Shown here in pieces: positions 1 through 9,059 of a stretch of DNA of 64,000 nucleotides (the stretch's first letter is position 1; each line of letters begins with the position of its first letter). The stretch covers positions 19,722 through 83,721 of the forward strand of contig CAZAJO010000003.1 of the NCBI GenBank assembly GCA_964485575.1, in the 5' to 3' direction. The stretch comes from an uncultured Gammaproteobacteria bacterium. Lineage in GTDB: Bacteria > Patescibacteriota > Microgenomatia > Levybacterales > GWA1-39-11. A model generated the notes under the pieces. The model searched no databases, was not told the origin of the DNA, and saw only the letters and a list, made by a program, of their open reading frames with translations. The position numbers and the translations under genes were made by a program.

Positions 1-1587
1 CTTTGTTTGATATTTCGTTTCAAACTGGGATGGTGGTTGGCCTCCAAGAATGATGTCGACTCCACGACCAGCCATGTTTGTCGCAACAGTTACTGCTCCT
101 TTTTTACCTGCGTCTTTGATGATAAGTGCCTCTTGCATGTGATTTTTAGCATTGAGGACCTCATGTTTTATACCCCTTCTTTTAAGGGTTTCTGACACTA
201 TTTCGTTATGCTCGATTGATGCTGTACCGACAAGAACAGGTTGCCCTTTTTTGTGAGCCTCTTCTATTTCATTGACGACTGAAGTTATTTTTGCCCGGGC
301 GGTCTTGTAGATCTGATCTGAGATGTCTTCTCTTTGGATATTTTTATTTGAAGGGATGACAATTACATCTAATTTATATATTTTATGAAACTCCTCAGCT
401 TCAGTTGCTGCAGTTCCGGTCATGCCACTAAGCTTTTCGTACTTTCTGAAGTAATTTTGAAGAGAGACTGTTGCTAATGTCTTTGACTCTTGTTGAATAG
501 TGACACTTTCTTTAGCTTCAATTGCTTGATGAAGACCTTCAGAAAGCCTTCTTCCCTCAAGTAACCTTCCCGTGAATTCATCCACCAAAATTACTTGGTT
601 ATCCCGGACTATGTAATCTTTGTTCTTTGTATAAAGAAGCTTTGCTTTGAGTGCTGCTTCGATATGATACACGGTGTCAAAATCTTTCTCATAAATGTCT
701 TTTACTCCAAACATCGACTCAATCTTTCCGATTCCATGATCGGTAAGATGAACAGTCCGCCTTTTTTCATCCATCTTATAATCGATAGGTTGCAATTTAT
801 CGATAAGACCTGCGTATTCAAAGTATTTATTTGATGGCGTTGCATCAGGCATTGAGATGATATGTGGAGTTCTTGCCTCATCAATAAGGACAGAGTCTAC
901 CTCATCAATAATGGCAAAGTAGTGCTCTCGTTGGACGAGTTGGTCAATTGAGGTGACCATGTTGTCACGAAGATAATCAAATCCAAATTCAGAATTGATA
1001 CCATAAACAACATCCGCTTTGTAAGCTTCAGCCCTGGTCACCGGTTTTAAATGAGTTAGTCGATAGTCACTGACGTCTTTCTCCTCATAACTTTTATCAA
1101 ATACAAATGAATTGTCGTTGATAATTGCCCCTACTTGAAGTCCTAAGAAAGTAAAGATCTCACCCATCCAACCGGCATCGCGGCGGGCAAGATAGTCATT
1201 TACAGTAACAAGATGTACGGGCTTTCCGGTAAGGGCGTGGAGATATAATGCTGGAGTTGCTGAAAGAGTCTTTCCTTCTCCTGTTTTTTGCTCAGCTACC
1301 TTTCCTTGGGCAAGAACTGCTCCAGCAATAAGCTGAACGTCATAATGACGAAGTCCCAATGTTCTTTGAGCTGCCTCACGAACTAATGCAAATGCTTCAG
1401 GTAACAGAAGGTAAAGGCTTTCCCCTTTTTCTGCCCTCTTTTTAAGGTCTTCAGTTTTTTTAGGAAAATCGCTGTCTTTCAGCTTCTTAATTTTGTTTTC
1501 TAATGAGTTGATCTCGGCGACTATTGGCAGGAGTTTGTTGATTTCTTTGTCGTTACTGTCAAAAAGTTTTGTGATGAAATTAAGCAT
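1..1587 (-). CDS. secA: Preprotein translocase ATPase SecA, N-terminal part; the 3' end runs off the window start
   Basis: My own minus-strand translation starts MLNFITKLFD at ATG 1587..1585. It contains KTGEGKTL (Walker A), DEARTP and LTGKP motifs typical of SecA. The ORF track omits it because no stop lies inside the window. Confidence 0.85.
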   Translation of the reverse strand, partial: MLNFITKLFDSNDKEINKLLPIVAEINSLENKIKKLKDSDFPKKTEDLKKRAEKGESLYLLLPEAFALVREAAQRTLGLRHYDVQLIAGAVLAQGKVAEQKTGEGKTLSATPALYLHALTGKPVHLVTVNDYLARRDAGWMGEIFTFLGLQVGAIINDNSFVFDKSYEEKDVSDYRLTHLKPVTRAEAYKADVVYGINSEFGFDYLRDNMVTSIDQLVQREHYFAIIDEVDSVLIDEARTPHIISMPDATPSNKYFEYAGLIDKLQPIDYKMDEKRRTVHLTDHGIGKIESMFGVKDIYEKDFDTVYHIEAALKAKLLYTKNKDYIVRDNQVILVDEFTGRLLEGRRLSEGLHQAIEAKESVTIQQESKTLATVSLQNYFRKYEKLSGMTGTAATEAEEFHKIYKLDVIVIPSNKNIQREDISDQIYKTARAKITSVVNEIEEAHKKGQPVLVGTASIEHNEIVSETLKRRGIKHEVLNAKNHMQEALIIKDAGKKGAVTVATNMAGRGVDIILGGQPPSQFETKYQTK

Positions 1588-1640
1588 GATTTGAACTCTA
1601 ATTCTAGCATGTTTCAGTCCTTTTAGCTAGCTCTTTGAAA

Positions 1641-1680
1641 GGAAAAAATGCCCTTTGCGCTTTCGCACAAAGAGCATTTC
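1641..1680 (-). terminator. Putative intrinsic terminator downstream of the small Lys-rich ORF and upstream of secA
   Basis: Minus-strand RNA GCUCUUUGUGC-GAAA-GCGCAAAGGGC forms an 11-bp stem with two G-U pairs and a GAAA loop, followed by AUUUUUUCC. Confidence 0.45.
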
Positions 1681-1715
1681 AATAAATTTTTTAATTAGAA
1701 AATCTAGCGTAGCAA

Positions 1716-1823
1716 CTACTTTTTCTTAGCTGTCTTTTTCTTTGGTGCAGCTTTCTTAACTGTCTTTTTCACAGTCTTTTTAGCTGCTGCTTTTTTTGGA
1801 GCTGCTTTTTTCTTTGCTGGCAT
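1716..1823 (-). CDS. Small (35 aa) Lys/Ala-rich basic protein of the histone-H1/Hc1-like composition type
   Basis: ATG preceded by AAAGGAGGTG (SD) 7 nt upstream. Translation is MPAKKKAAPKKAAAKKTVKKTVKKAAPKKKTAKKK with a TAG stop, and a terminator hairpin lies just downstream. Confidence 0.4.
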   Translation of the reverse strand: MPAKKKAAPKKAAAKKTVKKTVKKAAPKKKTAKKK

Positions 1824-1900
1824 AGTCCAAACACCTCCTTTCATATTTATAATGAAATAAAATGAAAAAAATGTCAAACAAAAAAGATTATGCCTTTGGG

Positions 1901-1955
1901 GAGATTTTACAGATATGAAAACTCAACTTTTCGGAGAGATTTTACAGATATGAAA
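1901..1955. repeat. Two perfect 20-bp direct repeats (GAGATTTTACAGATATGAAA) 15 bp apart; the second copy contains the stop codon of the SGNH hydrolase gene
   Basis: Copy 1 is at 1901..1920 and copy 2 at 1936..1955. A related GGGGAGATTTT motif recurs at 2594..2604. Confidence 0.6.
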
Positions 1956-2589
1956 TGATGTTGTTTGATTCAAGATAATTCCTTACATCCTCAAACAATA
2001 ATCTATGACCCTCATCATTCATATGAACTCCATCAGCAAGTAAACTTGAGTAGTCTTCATCGATAAACTTCTTATATACCTCTATAAAGTGCGTGCCTTC
2101 TTTTTTTGCAACTTCCTCCATTATTTGATTGAAGTGTTCAACAAATTCATTTCTATACGACCTTTTTGGTGACCAGGGCATTGGATTTACCCGTCCGTCA
2201 ACAGGCATAGCTCCAATTACTACGATTTTTGATGAATATTTTTTAGCCAAACTGAGAAGCTCTGCCAAATTAGACCTAAAATCATCTTCACTAACTTCTG
2301 TTGTTCCTAGTGCCTCTGAAAATATAGAGTCATTAATTCCAAGATGAAACAGAAAAATATTTTCTCCCCCATATTTGTCCAAACGGGGTTTTGTTTCATT
2401 TTCAAAACGATCAAGGATATCTTTACTTTTATTACCGGAAACTCCTAAGTTGTAAACGAGATAATCCAGTTTGAAATCCGATTTAATAATTTTCTGATCT
2501 ATGAGTTTTCGGAGTCTCTGAACCCATCCACCTTCGCTATCCCATGCGCCATAAGTAGTACTAGTTCCAAAAACCAGAATGTTTGCCAT
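1942..2589 (-). CDS. SGNH/GDSL-family hydrolase (lipase/acylhydrolase-like)
   Basis: 215 aa, MANILVFGTSTTYGAWD with the GINDS block typical of the SGNH fold. Confidence 0.7.
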   Translation of the reverse strand: MANILVFGTSTTYGAWDSEGGWVQRLRKLIDQKIIKSDFKLDYLVYNLGVSGNKSKDILDRFENETKPRLDKYGGENIFLFHLGINDSIFSEALGTTEVSEDDFRSNLAELLSLAKKYSSKIVVIGAMPVDGRVNPMPWSPKRSYRNEFVEHFNQIMEEVAKKEGTHFIEVYKKFIDEDYSSLLADGVHMNDEGHRLLFEDVRNYLESNNIISYL

Positions 2590-3836
2590 TAAATTTTTGG
2601 GGAGATTTTGTCAAAACCTGTGTATTTTGTAAGCACTTCAGGAATTTGAACACTTCCATCTTCCTGTTGATAGTTTTCTAAAATTGCAATCAGTGTGCGC
2701 CCTATCGCAAATGCGGTTCCATTTAAAATGTTTACATACTTTTTCTCTCCGCCAGCTGGCGGATCCTCCCGATATTTAATGTTGAGTCGTCTGGCCTGAA
2801 AGTCTCCTGTTGTTGAAGTTGATGTCACTTCTCTATATTTTTCCTGTGTTGGCATCCAGGCTTCTATATCATATTTTCTTGCAGCAGGAAATCCGAGGTC
2901 CCCAGTACACATTTTTATAACTTGATAAGGGATTTTCAGATCTGAGAAAAATTCCTCTTCAATCCCTCGTAAAAATTCGTGCTCCGCATCGTCTTGACCG
3001 TCATGTACAAAACTTACCATCTCAACTTTATGAAACTCATGGACTCGTAGAATTCCCCGCGTGTCTTTTCCATAACTTCCGGCTTCACGTCTAAATGAAG
3101 AAGAGAATGCAACATATCTTTTAGGAAGCTCGACAGAGCTGAAAGTCTCATCTTTATGCATTGGGACAACCGACTGCTCTGCGGTTCCGACCAAAAATTT
3201 GTCGTCACTGGGCACCGAGAACATATCTTCTTCTCCTCCATTTTCCATGTACCCCAAGGCTTTCATGGTGTCTCTTGTTACCATCGTTGGGGGGATAATG
3301 GGCGCAAATCCTTTTTCAGTCAATTTTTCCATCGCAAAACGGATGAGGGCAAATTCCAGTTGAGCTCCTTGGTTTTTCAAATAATAATATCTCGCTCCAC
3401 TAACTTTTGCAGCTCTTTCTATGTCTATGATGTCTAACCTTGTCCCAAGCTCAACATGATCAAGGGGTTTAAAACTAAATTGAGGAATTTCACCAACGGT
3501 ATTTATAACATCATTTTCAGTGTCATTTTTACCTACCTTAACATCATCCTTTGGTAAAGCTGGTATCTGGGAAGTTAAGTCATTTAATTGAGTTTCAAGA
3601 CTAGTAAGTTCTGCTTCCAACCCATCTAATTGTTGTTTTATTTCCCGACCACGCTCGATGTTTCTTTCTTTTGCTGCATTGTTTCTCTCAGCTCTTAGAT
3701 TCTGAACTTCCGTTGATAATGATCGGTAACGCTCATCTAATTCAAGAATCTTTGAGACATCAATTGTTATGTTTTTTGAGGTGGCACCAGCTGCAACTTT
3801 TTCCGAATTTTCGCGAAGAAACTTAAGGTCTATCAT
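2589..3836 (-). CDS. serS: Seryl-tRNA synthetase
   Basis: 415 aa with an N-terminal coiled-coil arm plus class II core motifs (FRREAGS..G, GTAFAIGRTLIAILEN). Confidence 0.9.
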   Translation of the reverse strand: MIDLKFLRENSEKVAAGATSKNITIDVSKILELDERYRSLSTEVQNLRAERNNAAKERNIERGREIKQQLDGLEAELTSLETQLNDLTSQIPALPKDDVKVGKNDTENDVINTVGEIPQFSFKPLDHVELGTRLDIIDIERAAKVSGARYYYLKNQGAQLEFALIRFAMEKLTEKGFAPIIPPTMVTRDTMKALGYMENGGEEDMFSVPSDDKFLVGTAEQSVVPMHKDETFSSVELPKRYVAFSSSFRREAGSYGKDTRGILRVHEFHKVEMVSFVHDGQDDAEHEFLRGIEEEFFSDLKIPYQVIKMCTGDLGFPAARKYDIEAWMPTQEKYREVTSTSTTGDFQARRLNIKYREDPPAGGEKKYVNILNGTAFAIGRTLIAILENYQQEDGSVQIPEVLTKYTGFDKISPKI

Positions 3837-3901
3837 ATGCTCAATTATAGCTTATTCACACATTCTAAGCTATATGAATGTAGTGATTATAACTTCAAAA
3901 C

Positions 3902-4450
3902 TTATTTTTCGCTATTCAAAAATTCTTTTAGTTTTTGAAAGGCGAGAGCTCGATGGGAAACTTTATTTTTTAACTCAATATTCATCTCAGAAAATGTTTG
4001 AGTCTGTCCATCCGGCAATATAATGGAATCAAGTCCCCACCCTTTGTCTCCCCGTTCTTCTTTTGTAAAAATTCCTGGTACTACTCCTGAGAATACATGA
4101 ACTTTTTCTCCGTCATGATATCCCAATGTGCATATTACTTTTATGTTTCTATTCGTTTCGTTCCTTAGAAAATAAAGAAGCAGTGGAATTCCCCCTGCAT
4201 GATGTGCAAATTTTATGAAAGGTCCTGGAAAACCATTCCACACTTCAACTTCAACTGAGACGTCATCAACAATGACAGGAGCTTTTAATTTTTCGTAAGC
4301 TTGTTCAACTTTGTGCCTTATTATTACTCCCAAATCCATACTTTGAAGTTCGTCTAACTCAAGATCAGCTACCTCTAGATCAACTCCCAGCATTCGCTCG
4401 GCCTCGCCGGCTTTTCCTTTGTTACCAGTCGCGTAATAAATTTTTTTCAT
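3902..4450 (-). CDS. rdgB: Non-canonical purine NTP pyrophosphatase (Ham1/RdgB family)
   Basis: 182 aa, MKKIYYATGNKGK signature of the Ham1 family. Confidence 0.8.
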   Translation of the reverse strand: MKKIYYATGNKGKAGEAERMLGVDLEVADLELDELQSMDLGVIIRHKVEQAYEKLKAPVIVDDVSVEVEVWNGFPGPFIKFAHHAGGIPLLLYFLRNETNRNIKVICTLGYHDGEKVHVFSGVVPGIFTKEERGDKGWGLDSIILPDGQTQTFSEMNIELKNKVSHRALAFQKLKEFLNSEK

Positions 4451-4451
4451 G

Positions 4452-5969
4452 TTAGATTTTAGAAAGTCTATTTTTTACAAAATCTTTTTCCAAGCTTTGT
4501 AGTAACCACGCAGCTTTTGGACCGTGATCTTTTCCAAGAAAAGCAGTATAGATTGCCTTAAAAGCATCGACGGACTTGAGATCCATCTTTTTTGATTTCT
4601 CATATATTGCTGTTTGTAATTCCTCAGCGTTGATGTCTTTTTCAAAAAGTCCAATGAGAGATTTTAGATATGCTCTTTGTACATCTGACAAACCTGAAAC
4701 ATCTGGTAATTCTTTTTGGACAAGGAATTTATCACTTTCCGGTGCAAATCTTTCAACCCATATCCTGGCATATCTCGCCCACTCAGAAAGTCCTTCTTTT
4801 TTGATTTCTTCCTCCATGTTGGGCATCTGTACCCACTGGGCAAGGATTTTGAATCGAATAGAAGGTGGTTTTATAACTTCACCAATTTGAGATAACTCAA
4901 ATATTCTTGCAAGATCTGATCCATCTTTTGCAAAGTAGCATGACGCTGCTTCTTGGTACTCATCAAAAAGACTTGGGATTGTATCTGGAGTACTTGGATC
5001 AAACTCTATAGCCTGGGTCATTTTTGTTCGGACCATAACAAAACGTAGTAAAGCTGGTGGCAAGATATCTAGCATTTCAGAAGCTGAAAATCCTCTACCT
5101 TTTGACGAAGACATCTTTTTCCCTCCAACTAGGAAAAATTCGTAAGGGATTGGATATGGTACTGGATAATTGAAAATCTTATCACAAATGATACTTGTCA
5201 GATCATGTGATCCTCCGCGGCTCATATGATCTTTCCCTGCTCCTTCAACCGTTATACCAAGTACTTTCCATTTTGCACTCCACTCAATCTTCCATGGTAA
5301 TTTTCCTCGGATTTCTTGCTCATCGCTGAAAGGGCTTGTTGTGCCAGTTGTTCCGCATCCATTTGTCCAATCAAGTCTATCCATGTGACACGTGAAATTA
5401 ACCTCATTACCATCCCATCCGGTCACCTGTGTAGTTGAAACCTTTCCACAATTTGTACAATAGACCTGAAATGGATACCAATCATCTTTCAATTTATTTG
5501 AATACATTTCTTCATAAACATTTCTTATCTCATCACGTTTATCAAGGCATAACCGTATCAGATCATTCATCTTCCCGCTTTTGTATAGATCCGTAGACCA
5601 CAATATTTCAGGATTGCATCCTATTTTTGTAAATACATCTATAAAATCTTTTGCATAGTAGTCAGCGTAATTTTCGTAACCTTCAACCGGAGATGGAACT
5701 TTATATAATGGCAAACCAAGATATTTAGAATACTCTTCTTGGTCTAGATAGACTGGGAGCCCATCCATTGGATCATGATTGTCAAAAATATACGTGTATT
5801 TAGTGTTAACACCGATGTCTTTTAAGGCCTTGAAAGCCAAATCATGGATAACTACACCACGAAGCGCACCAACATGAATTTTCCCAGAAGGAGTCTTCAT
5901 GTCATCAACCCACTCAAGGGGAAGGTTTCTTTCTTTTAAGTCGTTTGCTATTTTATCAGCCCAAAACAT
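4452..5969 (-). CDS. lysK: Lysyl-tRNA synthetase, class I (archaeal type)
   Basis: 505 aa with a HIGH-like block (SGKIHVGALRG) and KMSSSKG (KMSKS), the class I LysRS architecture. Confidence 0.75.
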   Translation of the reverse strand: MFWADKIANDLKERNLPLEWVDDMKTPSGKIHVGALRGVVIHDLAFKALKDIGVNTKYTYIFDNHDPMDGLPVYLDQEEYSKYLGLPLYKVPSPVEGYENYADYYAKDFIDVFTKIGCNPEILWSTDLYKSGKMNDLIRLCLDKRDEIRNVYEEMYSNKLKDDWYPFQVYCTNCGKVSTTQVTGWDGNEVNFTCHMDRLDWTNGCGTTGTTSPFSDEQEIRGKLPWKIEWSAKWKVLGITVEGAGKDHMSRGGSHDLTSIICDKIFNYPVPYPIPYEFFLVGGKKMSSSKGRGFSASEMLDILPPALLRFVMVRTKMTQAIEFDPSTPDTIPSLFDEYQEAASCYFAKDGSDLARIFELSQIGEVIKPPSIRFKILAQWVQMPNMEEEIKKEGLSEWARYARIWVERFAPESDKFLVQKELPDVSGLSDVQRAYLKSLIGLFEKDINAEELQTAIYEKSKKMDLKSVDAFKAIYTAFLGKDHGPKAAWLLQSLEKDFVKNRLSKI

Positions 5970-5993
5970 ATTGTTATATTATATACCCTCAAG

Positions 5994-6021
5994 CTACAAA
6001 AAAACCCTCTTTTGGAGGGTT
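5994..6021 (-). terminator. Intrinsic terminator between greA and lysK
   Basis: Minus-strand RNA AACCCUC-CAAAA-GAGGGUU gives a 7-bp stem followed by UUUUUUU. Confidence 0.6.
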
Positions 6022-6045
6022 GTATCGTAGATATGATAGTTATTT

Positions 6046-6522
6046 CTAACTAATTTCTACGATGTGATAGAGTATCTTTCCAGCAGGTGCTTCGACTTCG
6101 ATTTTGTCATTGATATTTTTTCCAATAAGAGCTTTTCCAAGAGGTGACTCGTGAGAAATCTTTTTCTCAGCTGGATCTGCTTCCCACTCTCCTACCAACT
6201 CAAACACCTCTTTTTTACCATTAATTTTGACTGTAACTGTTGATCCAAGTTGGATAAGTGACCCTTTTTTAGAAGCTTTTGATTCATCAATCAACTCAAT
6301 CTTCTTAAGCATTTCACCTAATTCTTCTATTCTTGTATCAATAAGTGAGAGTTCTTCACGTGCTGCAGTGTACTCTGAATTCTCTGATAGGTCACCCATT
6401 GCTCGGGCTTGAGAAACGCGCTCTAAGACTTGTGGTCTTTTAACTTTCTCGAGATCATGAAGTTCCTGCTGCATCTCTTCAAGACCTTGTTTTGTTACAA
6501 ATATTTTTTTGTTAGTGTCCAT
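6046..6522 (-). CDS. greA: Transcription elongation factor GreA
   Basis: 158 aa, LSENSEYTAAREE coiled-coil plus C-terminal FKBP-like domain. Confidence 0.9.
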   Translation of the reverse strand: MDTNKKIFVTKQGLEEMQQELHDLEKVKRPQVLERVSQARAMGDLSENSEYTAAREELSLIDTRIEELGEMLKKIELIDESKASKKGSLIQLGSTVTVKINGKKEVFELVGEWEADPAEKKISHESPLGKALIGKNINDKIEVEAPAGKILYHIVEIS

Positions 6523-6540
6523 ATGTATTATGATTTACTT

Positions 6541-6580
6541 AAAAAAAACCCCCTCGTTTTTTTTGAGTGGGAGTTTTTCA
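6541..6580 (-). terminator. Possible weak terminator downstream of the nucleotidyltransferase-domain gene
   Basis: CCCACUC / GAGGGGG stem with one mismatch, followed by a U8 run on the minus-strand RNA. Confidence 0.3.
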
Positions 6581-6657
6581 AAGCTCTGGTCATTTTTTTA
6601 TGCGAGCTCATGACGTACTATACAAGAAAGATAAATACATGTCAATATCCTGGAGTT

Positions 6658-7593
6658 TTAGTTCAAAATTCGAATTTTTTTGTCCTCCATGTAAAATCTA
6701 GCCTCTTCGCGGTCTACCCAGATGTTATCGATATGAAGCTTTTTATAACGCTTGGAATGTAGAACAAACATATCCAATATTATCTTTTGGCGATCCAGAG
6801 GATGGAATAATGCTCTACCTTTCGTAACAGTTTCAATAGACCTATGTTTTTTCATATAGGACTTCTGTAAAGAGAAGGCAAGCTTTTCAAATGGTAACAT
6901 TATGCATTCCATGAATTTTCCTAACCCTATTGTCTTTTTTCTTTTTTGATCCGCTATCTTAAGATTAGGGAAAAATATCTCAACCCATTTATTTCTGGAA
7001 AGTAATTGAGAGTAAAATTCTCCCCTATCAAAAAGTGTCTTTAATTGTAATATCTCATGAGCAGTGTAAAGAGTCTTTCTTTTTTCTGAAAAAGAAAGCT
7101 TACTTTCTTCGATGAACATATTTGGACAAATTTTATCTCTGAAATTATGTATTCCTCTCCCTCTTTTTTGTCTTGTCAGAAGAAGTACAATATTTACAAG
7201 AAATCTCGTTATCCACAAAGAGTTGTTCTTTGTTATAAAGAATAAATCGATATCATCTGACATAGATGCGTTATTCATAGAAAGACTTCCACTTACACCT
7301 ATATATTCAATGGTAGGGATGAATGAAAGGAGTTTAGCAACGACTTTAGCTTTTGCCAGTTTTTCCATACTGATGTCCAATCTCTCCATTCTTTTTTCAG
7401 CGATAACATTACGCCCTAAAAAGTAAAAGTATCCATTCGATTCTTGGATAATAGGTATAGATTGGACTGCCTCCAAGAACTCGTCATCTGACAGTTCCAT
7501 TTCACAACATAAATATTTTTTTATTTCAGAAAAAGTTAGGGGATAATCAAAAATATCAAAATATGAAAGAGTCTCAATTATGCATTCATCCAT
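6658..7593 (-). CDS. Hypothetical protein with a Pol-beta-type nucleotidyltransferase domain
   Basis: 311 aa. GVSGSLS...SDDIDLFF matches the GS-x(n)-DxD nucleotidyltransferase motif. Confidence 0.45.
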   Translation of the reverse strand: MDECIIETLSYFDIFDYPLTFSEIKKYLCCEMELSDDEFLEAVQSIPIIQESNGYFYFLGRNVIAEKRMERLDISMEKLAKAKVVAKLLSFIPTIEYIGVSGSLSMNNASMSDDIDLFFITKNNSLWITRFLVNIVLLLTRQKRGRGIHNFRDKICPNMFIEESKLSFSEKRKTLYTAHEILQLKTLFDRGEFYSQLLSRNKWVEIFFPNLKIADQKRKKTIGLGKFMECIMLPFEKLAFSLQKSYMKKHRSIETVTKGRALFHPLDRQKIILDMFVLHSKRYKKLHIDNIWVDREEARFYMEDKKIRILN

Positions 7594-7612
7594 ACGAAAT
7601 TAAAAAAAATCT

Positions 7613-9010
7613 TTAATATCGCGAAAGTACCTGGGCAACCCCTTTTGCAAGGGTGTCAATCGCAGAGTCTGCCGACGTATTATTGTTAACTGATCTAACT
7701 GCATTTCCCATATAAACATTCATCTGTGTGATCATGCCATTCTCTCCATCATATGTATCAGAAGAAAAATAAGTTGATTGTGCATCATCTGCCTGTGCGA
7801 CAAAAGGATACACCAAATTGTTGGAAGATAAAAGAGGGGCCATAGACCTTCTTGGGTATAATGTACCAAAAAGCCTAACTTTTGACTGAGTTTGATATAG
7901 TTTTTGCATTGTCTCAGGCTTTGAGAGATATTCTATGAATTCAAAAGCTTCTTTTGAATTTTTTGTCTTACTTGTTACCCCCTCAGCCCAATAACTTGCG
8001 ACTGTATTGTTGCGACCTGCCAGTTTTGGCACTTTTACTACTTGAAATTGAAGGGATGGATTTAACCCTTTTATAGTAAAAATGTCCCAAGAGTAACCAA
8101 AATATAATGGGAGATTTCCTTTTGAAAATGCGAGTGTTGAATTATCCAGCGTTGCATCCCATACAGCCTTTTCACCTGACGCAAAAGCTGCATAGAACTT
8201 CAATGCGTCGTAAGCACTCTCTTTAGAACTTCCAGATAGATCTTTAAGATCAGCACCATTCTGAAGCAGCAATAACGCAACAATATCCGGAGCATGAGAA
8301 ATGTTATCGTAAGTTCCAAGAGAGATACTTGGAGTTACGATCTTACCGTTCTGATCTTTAACGACAAGCTCCGTCGCATATTTTATATAGATATCATTCC
8401 AGTCTTGAGGTATGGCAAGACCCTTGCTCTCTAAAGCCTGCGTATTCACAAACATCGCCAGAGTATCTATTCCTAAAGGAATACCATAATAAGCACCATT
8501 TATTTTCATATCCCGCCCAACAGTCTTGTAATAATCTGTTTCGATTTTGGTCTCAGTAACAAGTGGCTGTGGAAATGGAAGAAGATAATTTTTTAGTTGT
8601 TGGGTCCAACTACTATGGAAGCGGACAATATCCGGACCTTGACCATTGTTAATTCGGGTCGCTAACCTATCAACATATTGACCAAGTCCTTTAATATCTT
8701 GCTTTTCGTATTGGACTTTTATATGAGGATGAGTTCTTTCGAAATCTGCAATGATTGGCTGCATTACCGTCACATCGTCCCACAATCCCCAATATTTCAG
8801 TGTTACATCTTTCGGTTTTGAATTACTCTGCAATTTACCGGCTAGAAAAACTCCACCCACTATAACAAGAATGAGTATAACAATAGCAGCGACAAGAAAA
8901 ATAATTTTTTTGAGTATAGATCCTCTTTTTATATCGCCGTTGTAATAAGGGTCAACTGGTGCAGCAATTGGTGCTGGACCTCTTGAAGCAGGTGGTGAAT
9001 TAGGATCCAT
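7613..9010 (-). CDS. Extracellular solute-binding protein (ABC sugar-transporter SBP-like) with N-terminal membrane anchor
   Basis: 465 aa with an N-terminal hydrophobic segment (IIFLVAAIVILILVIVGGVFLAG), followed by an SBP-like domain. Confidence 0.55.
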   Translation of the reverse strand: MDPNSPPASRGPAPIAAPVDPYYNGDIKRGSILKKIIFLVAAIVILILVIVGGVFLAGKLQSNSKPKDVTLKYWGLWDDVTVMQPIIADFERTHPHIKVQYEKQDIKGLGQYVDRLATRINNGQGPDIVRFHSSWTQQLKNYLLPFPQPLVTETKIETDYYKTVGRDMKINGAYYGIPLGIDTLAMFVNTQALESKGLAIPQDWNDIYIKYATELVVKDQNGKIVTPSISLGTYDNISHAPDIVALLLLQNGADLKDLSGSSKESAYDALKFYAAFASGEKAVWDATLDNSTLAFSKGNLPLYFGYSWDIFTIKGLNPSLQFQVVKVPKLAGRNNTVASYWAEGVTSKTKNSKEAFEFIEYLSKPETMQKLYQTQSKVRLFGTLYPRRSMAPLLSSNNLVYPFVAQADDAQSTYFSSDTYDGENGMITQMNVYMGNAVRSVNNNTSADSAIDTLAKGVAQVLSRY

Positions 9011-9059
9011 ATTTTAAGTAATTTTGAGTATAATATAGTATAGTAAGAAACGTTACGAA

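Noticed and set aside
7-884. ORF-track entries 7..195(+), 595..834(+) and 702..884(-)
   Set aside because: They lie inside or antisense to the clearly recognisable SecA reading frame on the minus strand and have no family signal, so they are spurious.
1649-1680. Plus-strand reading of the 1649..1680 hairpin as a terminator
   Set aside because: On the plus-strand RNA the stem has C-A mismatches and no U-tract. Only the minus-strand version is a credible terminator.
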